Positions 38,193 to 52,309 of a DNA stretch of 64,000 nucleotides are shown one piece after another. The DNA comes from Octopus sinensis (lineage: Eukaryota). The stretch covers positions 148,738,001 through 148,802,000 of the forward strand of contig NC_042999.1 of the NCBI RefSeq assembly GCF_006345805.1, given 5' to 3'. Below the pieces are notes generated by a model that saw only the letters and a program-made list of their open reading frames with translations, was not told where the DNA came from and searched no databases. Both the position numbers and the translations under genes were made by a program. Position 1 is the first letter of the stretch. Each line of letters starts with the position of its first letter.

Positions 38193-39043
38193 CCTGAAAT
38201 TTGGTGGAAGGAGGCCAGTTGATTTCATTGACCCCAATACTTGATTGGTGCTTAATTTATTAATCCTGAAAGGACGAAAGGTAAAGTCAACCTTAGTGAA
38301 ATTTGAACTCAGAGTCAGAGCAGAGACAGAGGAATTTCTGCTAAGCATTTTGTCTGGGATATGAACAATTCTGCCAGCTCACCACTTTGTTCGTTAGACA
38401 AAATAATGCCAATACAATAATATACTGGGTAATCAATTACACACATTTCTCTCCTGCAAAAATCAATATTACTGTTGCTTGGTTGCCTGTTGTACTTCCA
38501 ATGATACCTAAGAACTCTTCCAGTTACTTGTGTAGGCGTATATAAAACAACTGCAAGCAAATAACAATGACTAAAGACAAACTCAGAGTTTTCCCTATCC
38601 ACTTCATCACAGAAGTTTATTTGCATTGATTTTAACTTTCCCACCTTAAAACTATATCAGCTTTCTTTCATTGAAGTCCATTCCTACAACAAGACATGCA
38701 ACGACGGAAACAAATATTGGCTATGGTTAATACTGGAAATTCCCAAAAGAGGGGAGTAAATGTTTAGCTTATAAATAATGGTTTATTCGAGAGTGAATGT
38801 TTAGCTTATAAATGGTTTCAAATTTTGGCACAAGGCCAGCAATCCTAGGGAGGGGATAAGGCGATAACATGTTCAACTGTTATTTTATTGACCCTGAAAG
38901 AATGAAAGGCAAAGTCGACCCAGTAGCATTTTTGAACTCAGATGTAAAGTCAGAAGAAATGTCACTAACCATTTTTCCTGATCTGGTAATACCTCTGCCA
39001 GCTCACCACCTTATTTAGCTTATAAATGATAATGACATAGCTT

Positions 39044-39755
39044 TTACTTCTTTCAGTTATGCAGGACATTATCTTGACAAGCTTAGTCAAGCAAATCAAC
39101 TCCAGTTTCTTCTGTCGAAACTGCTAAGTTATGAGAATGTAAACAAACCAACACCAGCTGCCAAGCAGTGGGAGAAAAGGACATTCACATACATACAGAT
39201 ATATACATGTGATGGGCTCCCACACAGTTTCCATCTACCAAATTCACCCAGGAGGTACATGGAAGCCTAAGGCTGCAGTAAAAGACACTCACCTAAGAAG
39301 TCACACAGTGGGACTGAACTCAAATTCACATGGTTGCAAAGCAAACTCCTTAACCACACAGCCATGTTTACACTTATAGCCAAGATGTGGCTGTGTAGTA
39401 AGTTGCTTACTTACCAACAACATGGTTCCAGGTTCAGTCTCACTGTGTTGCACCTTGGGCATCTTCTACTATAGCCTCGGGGTGACCAAAACCTTGTGAG
39501 TGGATTTGGTAGACAGAAAATGAAAGAAGCCCATCGTATACATATACATGTGTCTATGTTTGTGTGTCTGTGTTTGTCCTCCCACCATCACTTGATAACC
39601 GAGACTAGTGTGTTTACATCCCTGTAGCTCAGTGGTTCAACAAAAGAGACCAACAGAATAAGTATTAGGCTTACAAAGAATAAGTCCTGGGGTCGATTTG
39701 TTCGACTAAAGGCAGTGCTCCAGCATGGCCACAGTCAAACGACCGAAAAGAGTAA
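39044..39755. mobile_element. Head-to-head pair of family A SINEs (minus about 39044-39370, plus about 39380-39755)
   Basis: ...CTTAACCACACAGCCATG, a spacer of about 20 nt, then GTGGCTGTGTAGTAAG... Confidence 0.85.
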
Positions 39756-40289
39756 TACTTAATCTTTTAGAAAGTAAAGGAAACAGTTCTACCTTGATAA
39801 TTAGAACACTGAAAAATAAATTCATAGAACGTAAAATTGTGATTAATCTATAAGATTACAATTTTGATAACGTTCTAGCTACAACGGTATAGAATTCATA
39901 CTGAATCTATATCTGGAGCAAGGAATTTGGTGTCCAAGTACATGACTAGTACTTTATCTTAATTGACCCTGGAGATCTGAACTCTGAACATAGAAACCAA
40001 AACAAATATTGCAATCATTTTGTTTGTCATTAACAGTTCTGCCAATTCACCATAATTATTATCATTATTATTCTTTTCTCCTCTAGGCACAAGGCCCAAA
40101 ATTTTTTGGGAGGTGGCCAGTCGATTAGATCGATCCCAGTACACAAATGGTACTTGATTTATCGACCCTGGAAAGATGAAAGGCAAAGTCGACCTCAGCG
40201 GTTGAACTCAAACGTAAAGACAGACGAAATACCACTAAGCATTTCACCCAGCATGCTAACATTTCTGCCAGCTCACTGCTCATTACTCT

Positions 40290-40490
40290 ACAGCATTGCT
40301 GTTTTAACACAAGCATCATACAGTCTGCCCTTCACACTTAGGAAAAAGACCTAACAGCAGTTAGCAGTGGTGGTAGTTCACTGAACTTTCTCCATCCAGT
40401 TCTCACTGTGGTTGCAATCCTTTCAGAGCAACTACCTCTCTTGATAATTATATCTCCTAGGTAACAAAAGCTATCAACTACTTCTTCAAG
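40290..40490 (-). mobile_element. RTE ORF2 remnant
   Basis: Minus strand translates EVVDSFCYLGDIIIKRGSCSERIATTVRTGWRKFSELPPLL, then after a frameshift KGRLYDACVKTAML (RTE F.YLG motif). Confidence 0.85.
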
Positions 40491-43400
40491 TACTGTGTTG
40501 ATATAATCAACCAATCTTTCCTCCTCTCAAAACTCAAAAGGACAGCAGGCCAAGTTGACCTAAGTGGGACGTGAACTCAGAACATAAAGAATCAAAACAA
40601 ATACTGCAAGGCATTTTTACAGACATTCTAGCCATGCTGCCAATCCATGATACTTCAAATAGTGATTTCACATTTTGGTAATTTTTCAAATTTTTAGGGG
40701 TGGGATGCAAATTGATTACATCAACCCCAGTACTTGACTGGTACTCTATTTTATTGGCCCCCACCAAAAGGATGAAAGGCAAAGTCAACCATGGAGGCAT
40801 TTGAACACAGAATGTAAAGCTGAAAGAAATGTCACTAAGCATTTTGCCTGGCATGCTAACCATTCTGCCAGAACTTTGACTTTACTTCTTACTAAATACA
40901 ACAAACTATATAAATAAGATTGAAGACTTAAAATATTTTTTATTCAACATTCCTTTATCAATGTTTACATCAATATAACAGGTTTGTCTTGCCACAGCAG
41001 TTACTATGGGAACTACAGAGAAATGAATCGAAGCATATGTAACTAAAGGTGAAGTTCTGTATTAGAGTGTTTTCGTTTTTACCAACAACAATATACAGAG
41101 AGACAGAGAGAGAGAGGGAGAGAGAGATATTGAATGTGTTCAATATTAAGTGTAACAAAGCATTTATAAATTGACTGGAGGTATTTCAGTTGGGTGTCCT
41201 TCATAACACCAGCATTTGGGTAATACAGTACACATTATGTTCTAATCAATAAATGCTTGAACTTGATACATGAGAAGAGTGTTATTTCAGTCAGGAAATA
41301 CTTATACAGCTGTGATTTAAAAAATTTTATCTATTTATTTATTCATTTACAGTGTGAGTTTTAGTATACTTCTCCAGCATGATTAAACACCAAATTCTCA
41401 AAGATAGCATGCTATTTACCAGAATGTACCCAAGAGCTTTTTTTGTGTGTTTTTTAACTCATATTTTTAATTGAGCTTGCTCTAAGAATCAGTACATTTC
41501 TAGTACTCACTCACATGCACTATTTCAGAATGATTAATATTTTCTTAATTTCCTGCATCAACTTGTCCCAAATCAAAATAGGAATAAAATCAATTTTTTT
41601 TTTTTAATTTTAAATTTTGATAAAGAGAAAGAAAAACTTTGCTTTCTTTGATGTTTACAAAAATCTACAGAATATTAAATACCACTATTAAGACTGCAGT
41701 TATATTCAGAACATTTTTTTAAAAAATCATTTTAAATAAACAAACACCAAGTAATAATTCTTATGCTTATTGTTTGCTTTCAATCAGAATTTATCACACT
41801 AATAAATTCACAAAAAAATTTTATGAGTTTATTATCACACAAATAAATTTAGCAGAAAATTGATTCTTTTCATTGAAACTAAACTATTTTTTCTACCATA
41901 TTTCTGCAGAAACTTCAATAAATAGAAAAACTCATTTAAAGAAAGATGTCTAGGATTTTTTTCTTTTCTTTTCATAATGCACAATACCCAATGGGTATTA
42001 TAATTTTTTTACAAGTGATTTTAACAAAAAAAATTTCTTAAAATGACATCATGTGTTAACTTGGTGTATCTATCTAATGTTGGAACAGATACATTTACCT
42101 CCTAACACAAAGATCTTGAGTTCAAATCTGTTGCAGGCACTTCAATCATTATAGTGTATTTAATTTTACATACCTCAGGTAAACTATTAGAAAGAGATAC
42201 AAAACCTGGGTAATATTTTTATCTGCCAAAGACAGGTATTCTAAAATACAATATATTTAACTCTCACCTGCTCAACACATAAAACCATACAAGGTCTTAA
42301 GAGCATAAATATTTTCTCTTTCTTTCCCTCTCTTCTCTCTCCCATTAAATTGTGTTCTTGAGAATGTAATTTAATGATAAACAGCATCTATGCAGTCACT
42401 TATCCTGCTAAAGACAGCAACCAAATCTTTCTCAAAGAGAGAGAGAGATTTGGCTGCTACCTTTAGCAGGATGAGTGACCCATTATTTCTTGAGGCGGAA
42501 AAGGAAGGAAGGACACATTAGTTAATGTAGTTTTTGGATGAATATACTGTTTGGAAATTAAAAATATGGAATGCTCATAACTGAAACATATTTTATCATA
42601 GGGCTACTGGATCAATACTAACCTGGGGCTAAACAACAATAAAACCAAGTAAAAAAAAAAATTGAGAGTCTCTACTGTTGTGTTAATATGACTGGCATGA
42701 AGAATTTTGACAGTAATGGCCATATTCCAAGAAAGATTATAGCAGCTAATATAGTCGCAATCCAAGTCATATATATATATCTAATAATCTGCAGTAAATC
42801 ATACACAAAAGTAGTGAAACAGCAAAGTTATTAAGGTATTGGAAAACCAAGTCTTATGTCTAAATCCATTGTAGATATATTTAGTTATGCATTTGGTAAA
42901 TGCTCTTAATTCAAAGTATTAAAGTTCATTTAGCTGTTAAGAATAAGTTCCAAACCTTCTGAAATAGCTGATGTCCTGATTATCCATTGAGGATATCAAG
43001 CATAACTCTGTGATTAAGAAGGTTGCTTCCTAACCACATAGTTTTGGGTTCAGTCCCACTGTTTGGTACCTTGGGCAAGTGTCTTCTACTAAAGCCATAG
43101 GTCAACTGAAGTTTTGTCAATGGATTTTGTAAGTAAAACCTGGAAAAGCCTGTCATGTGCATATGTGTATTTGTGCCTCCTTGTCTTGACCTCATGTGAT
43201 AGCTGTAAACGAATGTCACTGACATACTGTCATACAAGCAGTGGCAGTCATTCCAAATTTCCCATGGAAAACATGTCTGGCCAAGGAGAAATAGAATCTT
43301 GCTTTGAAACAAGTGAAGGTTGGCAACAGTCATAGAAAACCTGCCACAACAAATTCCATCTGACCGATGCAAGCATGGAAAAAGTGATTGCAAAAACAAT

Positions 43401-43989
43401 GATGATAATGATGACATTTATCAGTTGATCATTTAATGCCAGGAAGCCAAATCTAAGTATGGGTCCTTAAAAAATTATTTAGGTCTGCAAAGGTCATGGA
43501 CACTGCTCCTCTTCTGACTAATTTACTAAGTAGAACATGCCATCTACTTCACTCTGCTTTTATACCCAGGATTTTAGATAAGACTGAAACCCAGATAATT
43601 TGAATTGCTTTATTAATCTGAACCCAATTAGATTAATTGAGAGTTGATAAAGAAAAAGATATCATCATACCAATAAAAAAGTATTGGTATGTTGGTATCA
43701 GAATATTTTAAGCATACAATCAAATGGAAATTGTAGTTGGATGCCTGCACATAAAAAGCACCAACCGATCGTGACCGTTTCCAGCCTCCCCTGGCACCTG
43801 TGCTGGTGGCACATAAAAAGCGCCAACTACACTCACAGAGTGGTTGGCATTAGGAAGGGCATCCAGTTGTAGAAACACTGCAAGATCAGACTGGAGCTTG
43901 GTGCAGCCTCCAGGCTTCCCAGACCTGGTCGAACCGTCCAACTCATGCTAGCATGGAAAACAGATGTTAAACAATGATGATGATGAACT

Positions 43990-44214
43990 TAAATGTTTTA
44001 AAATGTTTAAAAACTATACTCGACCCAAACATTCTACTTGTCTTATGCTCAAACTGGCCAGATCCAGCCTCTCACACTTACCCTACAATATCATTCTAGA
44101 AATATACAATATCATCATCAAAATCTCAAAGCCGAGATAATACATGATTAATTGAAAGCAATGTGAATAAACAAGCTTTACATTTTCAGAGTAATCTAAA
44201 TGCTAAAGTGTTAA
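43990..44214. mobile_element. piggyBac-type MITE (second family), left end decayed
   Basis: Ends AATGCTAAAGTGTTAA. The body matches 2058-2193. Confidence 0.6.
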
Positions 44215-44776
44215 AAAGGTACAATCATAATCTATTGTAAATTCTAGGGTCTAGATCCAACAGCAAAAAAGGCCAAAAAAGATGAGGGACTCAGGTTTGA
44301 GAATAACTTTTTTCTATCTTCTGATTCAAACACAAACCTTTTGTTACTTATAGCGTTCATTCTCTTTACAGCACTAATCCACAACTAAACATTGTACTCA
44401 TTTATTACTACAAATACATGAGCTGAGCCTAGTAGATATTTAGCATGTTGACCACAGACTCAGTGTTCCTCAGTTGATGGTATTATGGATGGTGCTGCTC
44501 AGCTGTAATTCCTTACATGTCTTGTAATTGTACATCAGAATGGAAACATGAACTGTTATCTTCCATTTCAAAATACTGTATTGATTCTACTGTATATGAC
44601 CAGAAAAAGTAATAAGGAATTTAAGACTTCTTCCCACCGCCAGTGTGTGATCTATTACTATGAGCTGGCATGAAAAATCTCGTGTAAAATTAGTAGAATA
44701 TGACCCTAAAATCTATAAATCCTGATAGTAGTGAGTTAAAAAGATGCTGGGCAACATGAAATGTACAAGTAGACCT

Positions 44777-44778
44777 AA

Positions 44779-44809
<31 letters not shown>

Positions 44810-45238
44810 CACACACACACACATACATCTACACAAACACACACATATATATAAACACATGTACACATACACACATATATATATACACATACACATATAT
44901 AAACACATATATAAACAAATGTACACATACACACATCTACACACATGCACATGCGCACGCACACACATACACACATCTACACACATGCACATGCACACAC
45001 ACATATACACATCTACACACACATGCACACACACATATACACATCTACACACACAAGCACACACACACACATACACACATCTACACACACACATGAGCAC
45101 ACACACACACATACACACATCTACACACACGAGCACACACATACACATCTATACACACATGCACACACACATACACACCTACACGCACACACACATACAT
45201 ACATACACACACACACACATACATACACACACTCACAT
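44777..45238. repeat. Long compound (CA)-rich microsatellite with ACACATCTAC subunits
   Basis: Read directly from the sequence. It is the source of the H/T and C/V/M ORFs. Confidence 0.97.
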
Positions 45239-46633
45239 GTTCAGACCTAGATGTTTCCACATAAATTTACATGTCAATGAAATTGTGGGAGCCGCACACT
45301 GCCATGTACAAGAGTGTTAAGACGAAACTAGTATTAATGTTGAATAGTCTGATCTTTATATTGGATTCCAGCCGATAATAAACCCTGCTTAATCAAGTCC
45401 AAAACTTATTAAGAACTAACACTGCCACAGTTTACAGTTTGATTTGTATAGGGTCTAGGAATGGGGCAAGAACGGAGGTTGTAAGATCAAAGAAAATAAT
45501 GAAAAAAAGTGATTTATCCAAAAGAAAATAAAGATAGCAATAATAATAATAAAAGAAACAAATTAGATGAGATGAATAACTACTGCAGATCAAAATAGAA
45601 TTAGTATAAGTGTTGTAAGAGATTAGGGAGATGATATATTTAACTAGCACAGATAATGACTGTACAGGGACCTTATTTCATGGAGAATATCCTATAGAGA
45701 GGAGTAGTACACATCGGAAAGAGAATTTTTCTATTGCAAATTGACTGAAAATACAGCAGTGATCTCATCATTTAAGTATCTGCATGCTTCTACTGTTGTT
45801 TTCAAGTAGCATAATGCTATGGGAAAGTGAACACTCACGTTCTACAAATAAATCAGTTACACAAATGTGACAGTTGCCTAAAATTTAACTGTCATTTCTG
45901 ATCTATAGTAACATGTCTCGAAATTGTACCAATCTGCTCAATATCCTATACAAAAAAAAAAAGGAGGGGGGATTTTGTAGCTGAGTTGTTAATGTTGCAG
46001 CAAGCCAAGGTCTTCTATCATTTGAATCTCTGCCATATCAAATATTTTAATTCTTAGAACAATACAAAGTTAAAAATCAGATGACCGAGATATGATAAAT
46101 GATCCAATAATAATAATACTGTACTTATAACGAAATATAAGAAACTATCATATTGACCACAAACGTATTATTACTTTGTTTGTTGTTTGAAAACTACTGG
46201 CGCTATGTATACTATTCCAACACTATTAATTGAAGCTGACACTGCAACTGTGTGAGTTTTGTGAAGTACATCAGAATAGAAAGAATGTTTACAGATGAAG
46301 AATGGCAATTATTTGGAATATAATTGATTTTCATAGGCACAAGGGCTCGAATTTACGAGATTGGTATAATCAATTATATTAACACCAATACTTGACCTGC
46401 ACTTTTACACATTTCAGTCATTTGACTGTGGCCATGCTGGAGCACCGCCTTTAGTCAAAGAAATCGACCCCAGGACTTATTCTTTGTAAGCCTAGCATTT
46501 ATTGATCTTTTTTTGCCAAACCACTAAGTTTCAGGGACATAAACACACCAACATCAGTTGTCAAGCAATGATGGGGGTGGTGGACAAACACAGACAGAAA
46601 GACACACACAAATATATACATACATATATATAT

Positions 46634-47331
46634 GACCGAACGCACACGCACGTGTTATTTCTCTTCTCCAAGTAAGTTTTTATTTGAATAATCATGACGC
46701 GCACTCTTTGACCTTTCCTCCCTGCCTGTCTGTCTTCCTCTCTTTGTCTCTCTCCTTCTTATTTTTCACCCTTTCTGGTTTCTTTTCCCCTCTCCCTCTC
46801 TCTCCTCCTCCTGACCAGAGGGCTGCTAAAACTTTCTTTCAGCTTCGTGCTTCAACAAGTATAGATCGACTTCTGTCCTTCGTAAGCCGATTTTTCACAT
46901 GCGTTCTAACTAATTTTTCCACCGTCCAGGCAAAAAAAGCCCTTATTGTTGGTTCCCTGTCCTGTTTCTTTATTTGTACTGTTTTTTCTTCATTTGTATT
47001 GTTTTTTCTTCATTTGTATTGCTTTTACATCCTGTTTTTGTCACTTGTTTTACTCCTCTGAAAAAGAAATTTATTTAATTCCTTTTGCAGGAAGGACTGC
47101 TTCGGCCTGGCTGTATTCTGCCCTTACCTTCGAAACATGCATTGAGTCGAACCAGGGGCAGCTGATGAAGGGGAATTTTCCTTGTATTGTTTGTCCTGTA
47201 CTCTGTTTTTGCGTTGTTTAAAAAAAGTCCGTTTCCTTGTTTTTTCGTTGTTAAAAAAAAGTCCGTTTCCTTGTTTGATTTTGTTTTCGTCTCTCGTTGT
47301 GTTCTACGTTTATTTGTGGTGTCCTGTACTC
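46634..47331. mobile_element. Penelope-like (pLTR-type) repeat inserted into the TA microsatellite of a family A SINE
   Basis: The host SINE (46410-46630) resumes at about 47482-47640. The insert is pyrimidine-rich, has short tandem duplications and carries hammerhead-like words (CGAAAC at 47131, CTGATGA at 47162). Confidence 0.5.
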
Positions 47332-47342
47332 ATATATATATA

Positions 47343-47381
<39 letters not shown>

Positions 47382-48272
47382 TGTATATATACATGTAGAT
47401 GTAAGTATGTACATATATGTATGTGTATATGCATATATTTTATTAATTTATTATATTATTATATATATATATATATATACATGACAGGCTTCTTTCAGTT
47501 TCCATCTACCAAATCCACTCATAAGGCTTTGGTTGGGTCTAAGCTATAGTAGAAGACACTTGCTCAAGGTGCCATGCAGTGGAACTGAACCCAGAACCAT
47601 GTGGTTGGGAAGCAAGCTACTTACCTCACAACCATGCCTGTACTTATTTTACTGACCCCACAGGATTAATGTCAAAGCTGACAACAGGAGAATTTCTTGA
47701 AATTACTTTTCAATAGATACAAACAATTACCATTAATTTGGGTTTATTTTCCCTCCAGCTAAGAGGGGGATTTCAATTAATTGAGAAATTTTTGCATACA
47801 TCATTCAGTACATCACCCTATAATTCATTTATCTAGAGTCATATCATTAGCCTACTTGAGTTATTACCCTTAGTTCATTTTCTTTCTCTTTTTTTATTTG
47901 TAATTATGTAAATTACTACTGGACTATGCAAGAAAAAAATGCTTAGCAACATTTCATGTATCTTTACTCATGTGTCTTGAGTTCAAATTCCACTGAGGTC
48001 AACTTGCCTTTCATCTTTTTGGGGTTGAGAAAATAAGTACCAGTTGATTACTGGGTGGCATGTAATCAACTTATGCCCTTCCCCTAAATTGCTGGCTTTG
48101 TGCCAATATTTGAAATTAATATTTTTCGATGTCTAAAATCATTTTTCAATAGATCAAAGCAAGTTTCAGTAGACTATATGATACTGATGAGGTCCAATAA
48201 GGACTAAATATGCCTGTAATTATACCCTTGTCAACAAATAAAGATTAGATTTCCTTCTAAGTTGCGATTAAA

Positions 48273-48510
48273 ATGTTGCAGGAAAGAATTACAGGACAGA
48301 TTCTTCAAGTCAAGCCAACTGACAGGAGATCTAGAGGTAGACAAAGAACAATATGGTTGAATAATATCCATAGATTCAGTTGGTCACACTTAGGAATCCA
48401 GCTGGAAAGTTTAAGGACGGTTGCTTCTGATAAGATCCTATGGAGAAGGCACCTAGGAACTCTACCCTAACAACCCTCCCAGGAATGGAGAAAACGGATA
48501 AATGGATGAA
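48273..48510 (+). mobile_element. Rex3/Expander-like RTE LINE 3' end
   Basis: ORF MLQERITGQILQVKPTDRRSRGRQRTIWLNNIHRFSWSHLGIQLESLRTVASDKILWRRHLGTLP matches the PTGRRPRGRPRTRW...W..LGI....L..VA.....W...L..LP pattern. Tail reads GGATAAATGGATGAA. Confidence 0.82.
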
Positions 48511-48896
48511 TTTCATGAAGTCATCTTCCCTTTTCTTCAAGACCTGCTAACACCTGATACTATAATTCTCTTTCTCCAAGAGAAATATTCCAATTTATTT
48601 TTTTGTTTTTTAATATGTTATTCAGGATATCATTCCTTAACTTATCTATATATAATACATCTATCAATTGAACATTCAACAAGTGATTGAGCTCTGGATA
48701 AGAACTTTTACCGTGAATGAAATTTAAATAAATTAACATATTAAGAGATAAAGCTTGCAAACAAGGCAATTTTACATATACAAAAAAAAAATAAATAAAT
48801 GAAAATGTTTCATTTGTGTAATAGCAATGGAGCAAATAAACACCAAAAAACAGAGAAATATAAATGTAATTACAAAATATATTAGACTTGACAGTT

Positions 48897-49330
48897 AAAG
48901 GAAGGAGAGAGAAAGGTTGAAAAGAAAGAGAAAAGAGAGGGAAGTGAATAGAAATAGCGAGGAGGAGTGAGTATAGATAGTGTGGAAGAGATGAGGAGGT
49001 AAGAGGAAGAGGAGAGAAATATTAAGAGAATAAAGAGAGGGGGGAAAACAAAGAAGGTGAGAAAGAAAGATTGAAAATGAGAGAGGGTGGGAGGGAAAGA
49101 GTAAGTAGAGAAAGTAAGTTAAGAGAGAGAAGGGAGACAATAGAAAAGGAAAAAAAGATGACAGGTGGCGAGAGTGGAGAAAATGCAAGAAAAGAGAATG
49201 AAAAGGGAGAAAAAAAAGAGTTTGATAATTGTGATGGTAATATTAATAGTGTAGCAATAATGAAGATAATGGTGGTGGCAATGATGATGATGGCGATGAT
49301 GGTGGTGTTAGTGGCATTGTTGATGACAAT
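48897..49330. repeat. GA-rich low-complexity tract followed by (GAT/GGT)n
   Basis: Read directly from the sequence. Confidence 0.9.
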
Positions 49331-49664
49331 CCTGTCTTTATTATTAAGAAACATTATAAGATGGCAAGCTAGCAGAATCATTAGCACCCCAGAGAAAATG
49401 CTTAATTGAATTTCTTCCAGGTCTTAACATTCTGAGCTCAAATTCTGCTTGGATCAACAGTGCCTTTCATACTTTCAGGGTCATTGAAATAAGTACCAGT
49501 TAAGTACTGAGATTGGTGTAATTTACTTACCACCCCCTCAGAAACTGCTGGCTTTGTGCCAAAATTTGAAACCATTATTAAGGAATATTATGTATGTATG
49601 ATCCTCAAGCCTTACATACAATATAAAACGTCATACAAAAGGCATTACAAAACATGCATGCATG

Positions 49665-49698
<34 letters not shown>

Positions 49699-50727
49699 CA
49701 CACACATAATACAGAGGTGTGGGGGAACAATATAATGTATTGCTCTAAGTGAATATATTAAGTTAGAAAACAAATACAAAGACAATCCAACTACACAAGA
49801 GGAAGAAGCTTCCACCTAAATAAGATCAGGGCACCCAACAGCAGACTGCTTCTCAGCTGCAAAATGGGTCCCCTGAAATTGCTCACAAACATTTTCAGCC
49901 TTAACCATAAGGAGCACTACTATCTCTGGGCCATGATAACTCAGCTGTTAATAGACTACAAATGTGATCTTTAAGAACCATCTATCAATGAGGACAATGT
50001 TCTTCATATGGCAATGGGGATATGAGAATTGAAAAAGAAATAGAAAAACTGCCACGTTTAATAAAATTACATGGTTTAAAATATTTTAAACCTGTGCATC
50101 ACCAAAACAAAGAAAAAAATTATATAGATGCAAACTTTATTGTCTCATCATTAATAAAGGTAGCAGAGTCACAAATTTTCCTAATATTTTGGGGAAAAGA
50201 GACAGATATTTGTCAGTTTGAGAACCATTGATCTTGGGGTCCTGAGACTTGCCCTCTCCACCACAATCTTCTCAGTCAATGCAGTATTTTATTTATCCTC
50301 TCATAGGGTCAGCATTAAATAAAGTAGGACAGCATTCTACCTTAGAATTTCTTTAAAGTTCAGGTATTCTGTAGGTGTAGAGACCTCTACTGAGGAACTT
50401 CCAACTGCCTGAGCTCATTTTTTTTCTTTTGCATCTTCTTTCATCCCCATCATTGAAAGGCGGCTTGTGGCAGCTCCTGTTCAAGAGGAGGGACCCCTTT
50501 TGGATTCTTGGTCATTGTCATACTCAGATGCTGGTGACACTAAAGATGAGCATTTTTTTATATCATTGTCCACACCTTTTTTCTAGATTTAAGTCTGTTT
50601 GAAAGTAATTTAGTGGCATTTAAGTTTACATTATTGAGGCCACCACCTCAATAATGTGTGAAAAGTATCTTCTCACAACTCATGACACCATTTTGAACCA
50701 CAAATAATGATATAAATGGCCACTAGC

Positions 50728-50763
<36 letters not shown>

Positions 50764-52309
50764 CAGCTATAAATATTTTTAAAAAGAAGCAAATCTTTCT
50801 TCAACCACATGTAATGTAGTTGACCCACAAATAATGCAAAAGACTTCAGTTGATAAAAACGGAACAAATCAAAACACAAAAAAAACTTTTCCCATAATTG
50901 CATAAGAACAAGCATAACCATGTGGTTAAGAAATTCATTGTTAAGAAATCATGTTGTTTTGGGTTGAGACCCATTGCATAGGACCTTTAGCAAATATCTT
51001 CTATTATAGTCCAACACCAATCAATGCCTTGTTAGTGAATTTAGTAGAGAGAAACTGTACAGAAACCTGTCGTGTGCACGGGTCTCTTACCACTTGACCA
51101 CCAGTATTGGTTTATGTCCTCTTAGTAATTTGGCAAAAAGAAATTGATAGAATACCAGGTTTTAACAAATAGGTACTGAGGTTAATTTGACTGGCTAAAT
51201 CCATTAAAGCAGTGCTCTGATATGGCCACAGTCCAATGAATGAAACAAGTAAAAGAGTAAAGGAATAGAAGAATTGGTAAAAAAAAATTACTTTTATGTC
51301 CAGTTCTGAGACAGACATTTATTTTGCTTTAACAAGTAATAAAACTGCTGATAGGTCAAATGATTAAACATTTTTGAAATTGGATTTAACTGAAGCAGTT
51401 GAGCATGAAGTAAATTTAAGAATCTATAAATATTAAATCCAACGTTTCACCATAGTCACAGTTGACATTGCAATTTAGTTTCAGATAAATGATTGAAAAT
51501 AAATATAAAATTAAAATATAAGAAAACATAGGAAAAAAAAATAGAAATAAAATTATAATAAAATATTTGAAAAATGAAGAAATTTAAGATGACTCTGACA
51601 ATCTTTAATTCATTTAATGGTTTCTCACATTGGAATAAGGCCAGAAATTGTAGGATTGGGATGGAGGGGCATGGTAGATTGTATCAGCTCCTTCTCCCAC
51701 CATCCACCCACACACATTACAAATACATGGATACTACTCATTCTTATCCTTCATAGAAAATAATGTAAATTTGACCCTATCAAAATTGTGATTCACAGAA
51801 CAGGGCAACGAAACTCATTATTACTGCCATGTGATCTACTTTGGCAATGAATCACTTCTGTTATCATGCTTTTCTTTTATTCTTTTATTCCTTTCAGTCT
51901 TTGGGCCATAGCCAGGCTGGGGCACAGTTATGATGGATTTTAGTCAAATGAATTGACCCTAGTACTTTTTTTTTATGCCTTGTATTTATTTGGTTGATCT
52001 TTTTTGCAGAACTGCTAAGTTACAGGGACATACACAACCCACCTCTGGTTGTCAAACAATAGCAGGGAAAAAATACAAAGATTCACATACACAGATATAT
52101 ACACATATGCGACAGGCTTCTTTCAGCTTCCATCTACCAATTCCACTCACAAGGCTTTGGTCGACCAGGGATTATAGCAATAGACATTATGCACAGGCTG
52201 AATACTTGAAAGAAAAAAGGGGAAGAGTAAGTTAACTGACTGACTCCAATATATCACTGGTTGGTACAATAAAATACACCAAATCTATGCTATAAAGTGA
52301 TTTTCTTAC

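Noticed and set aside
38315-38644. 109-aa minus-strand ORF
   Set aside because: No recognisable motif or convincing splice pair, and the C-terminal part runs into a SINE.
44690-45320. ORFs of 87-153 aa
   Set aside because: Compound CA microsatellite.
49790-50640. Slightly GC-richer unique-looking stretch, considered as an exon or hAT remnant
   Set aside because: Stops in the frames inspected, and no paired TIRs or transposase motif could be established.
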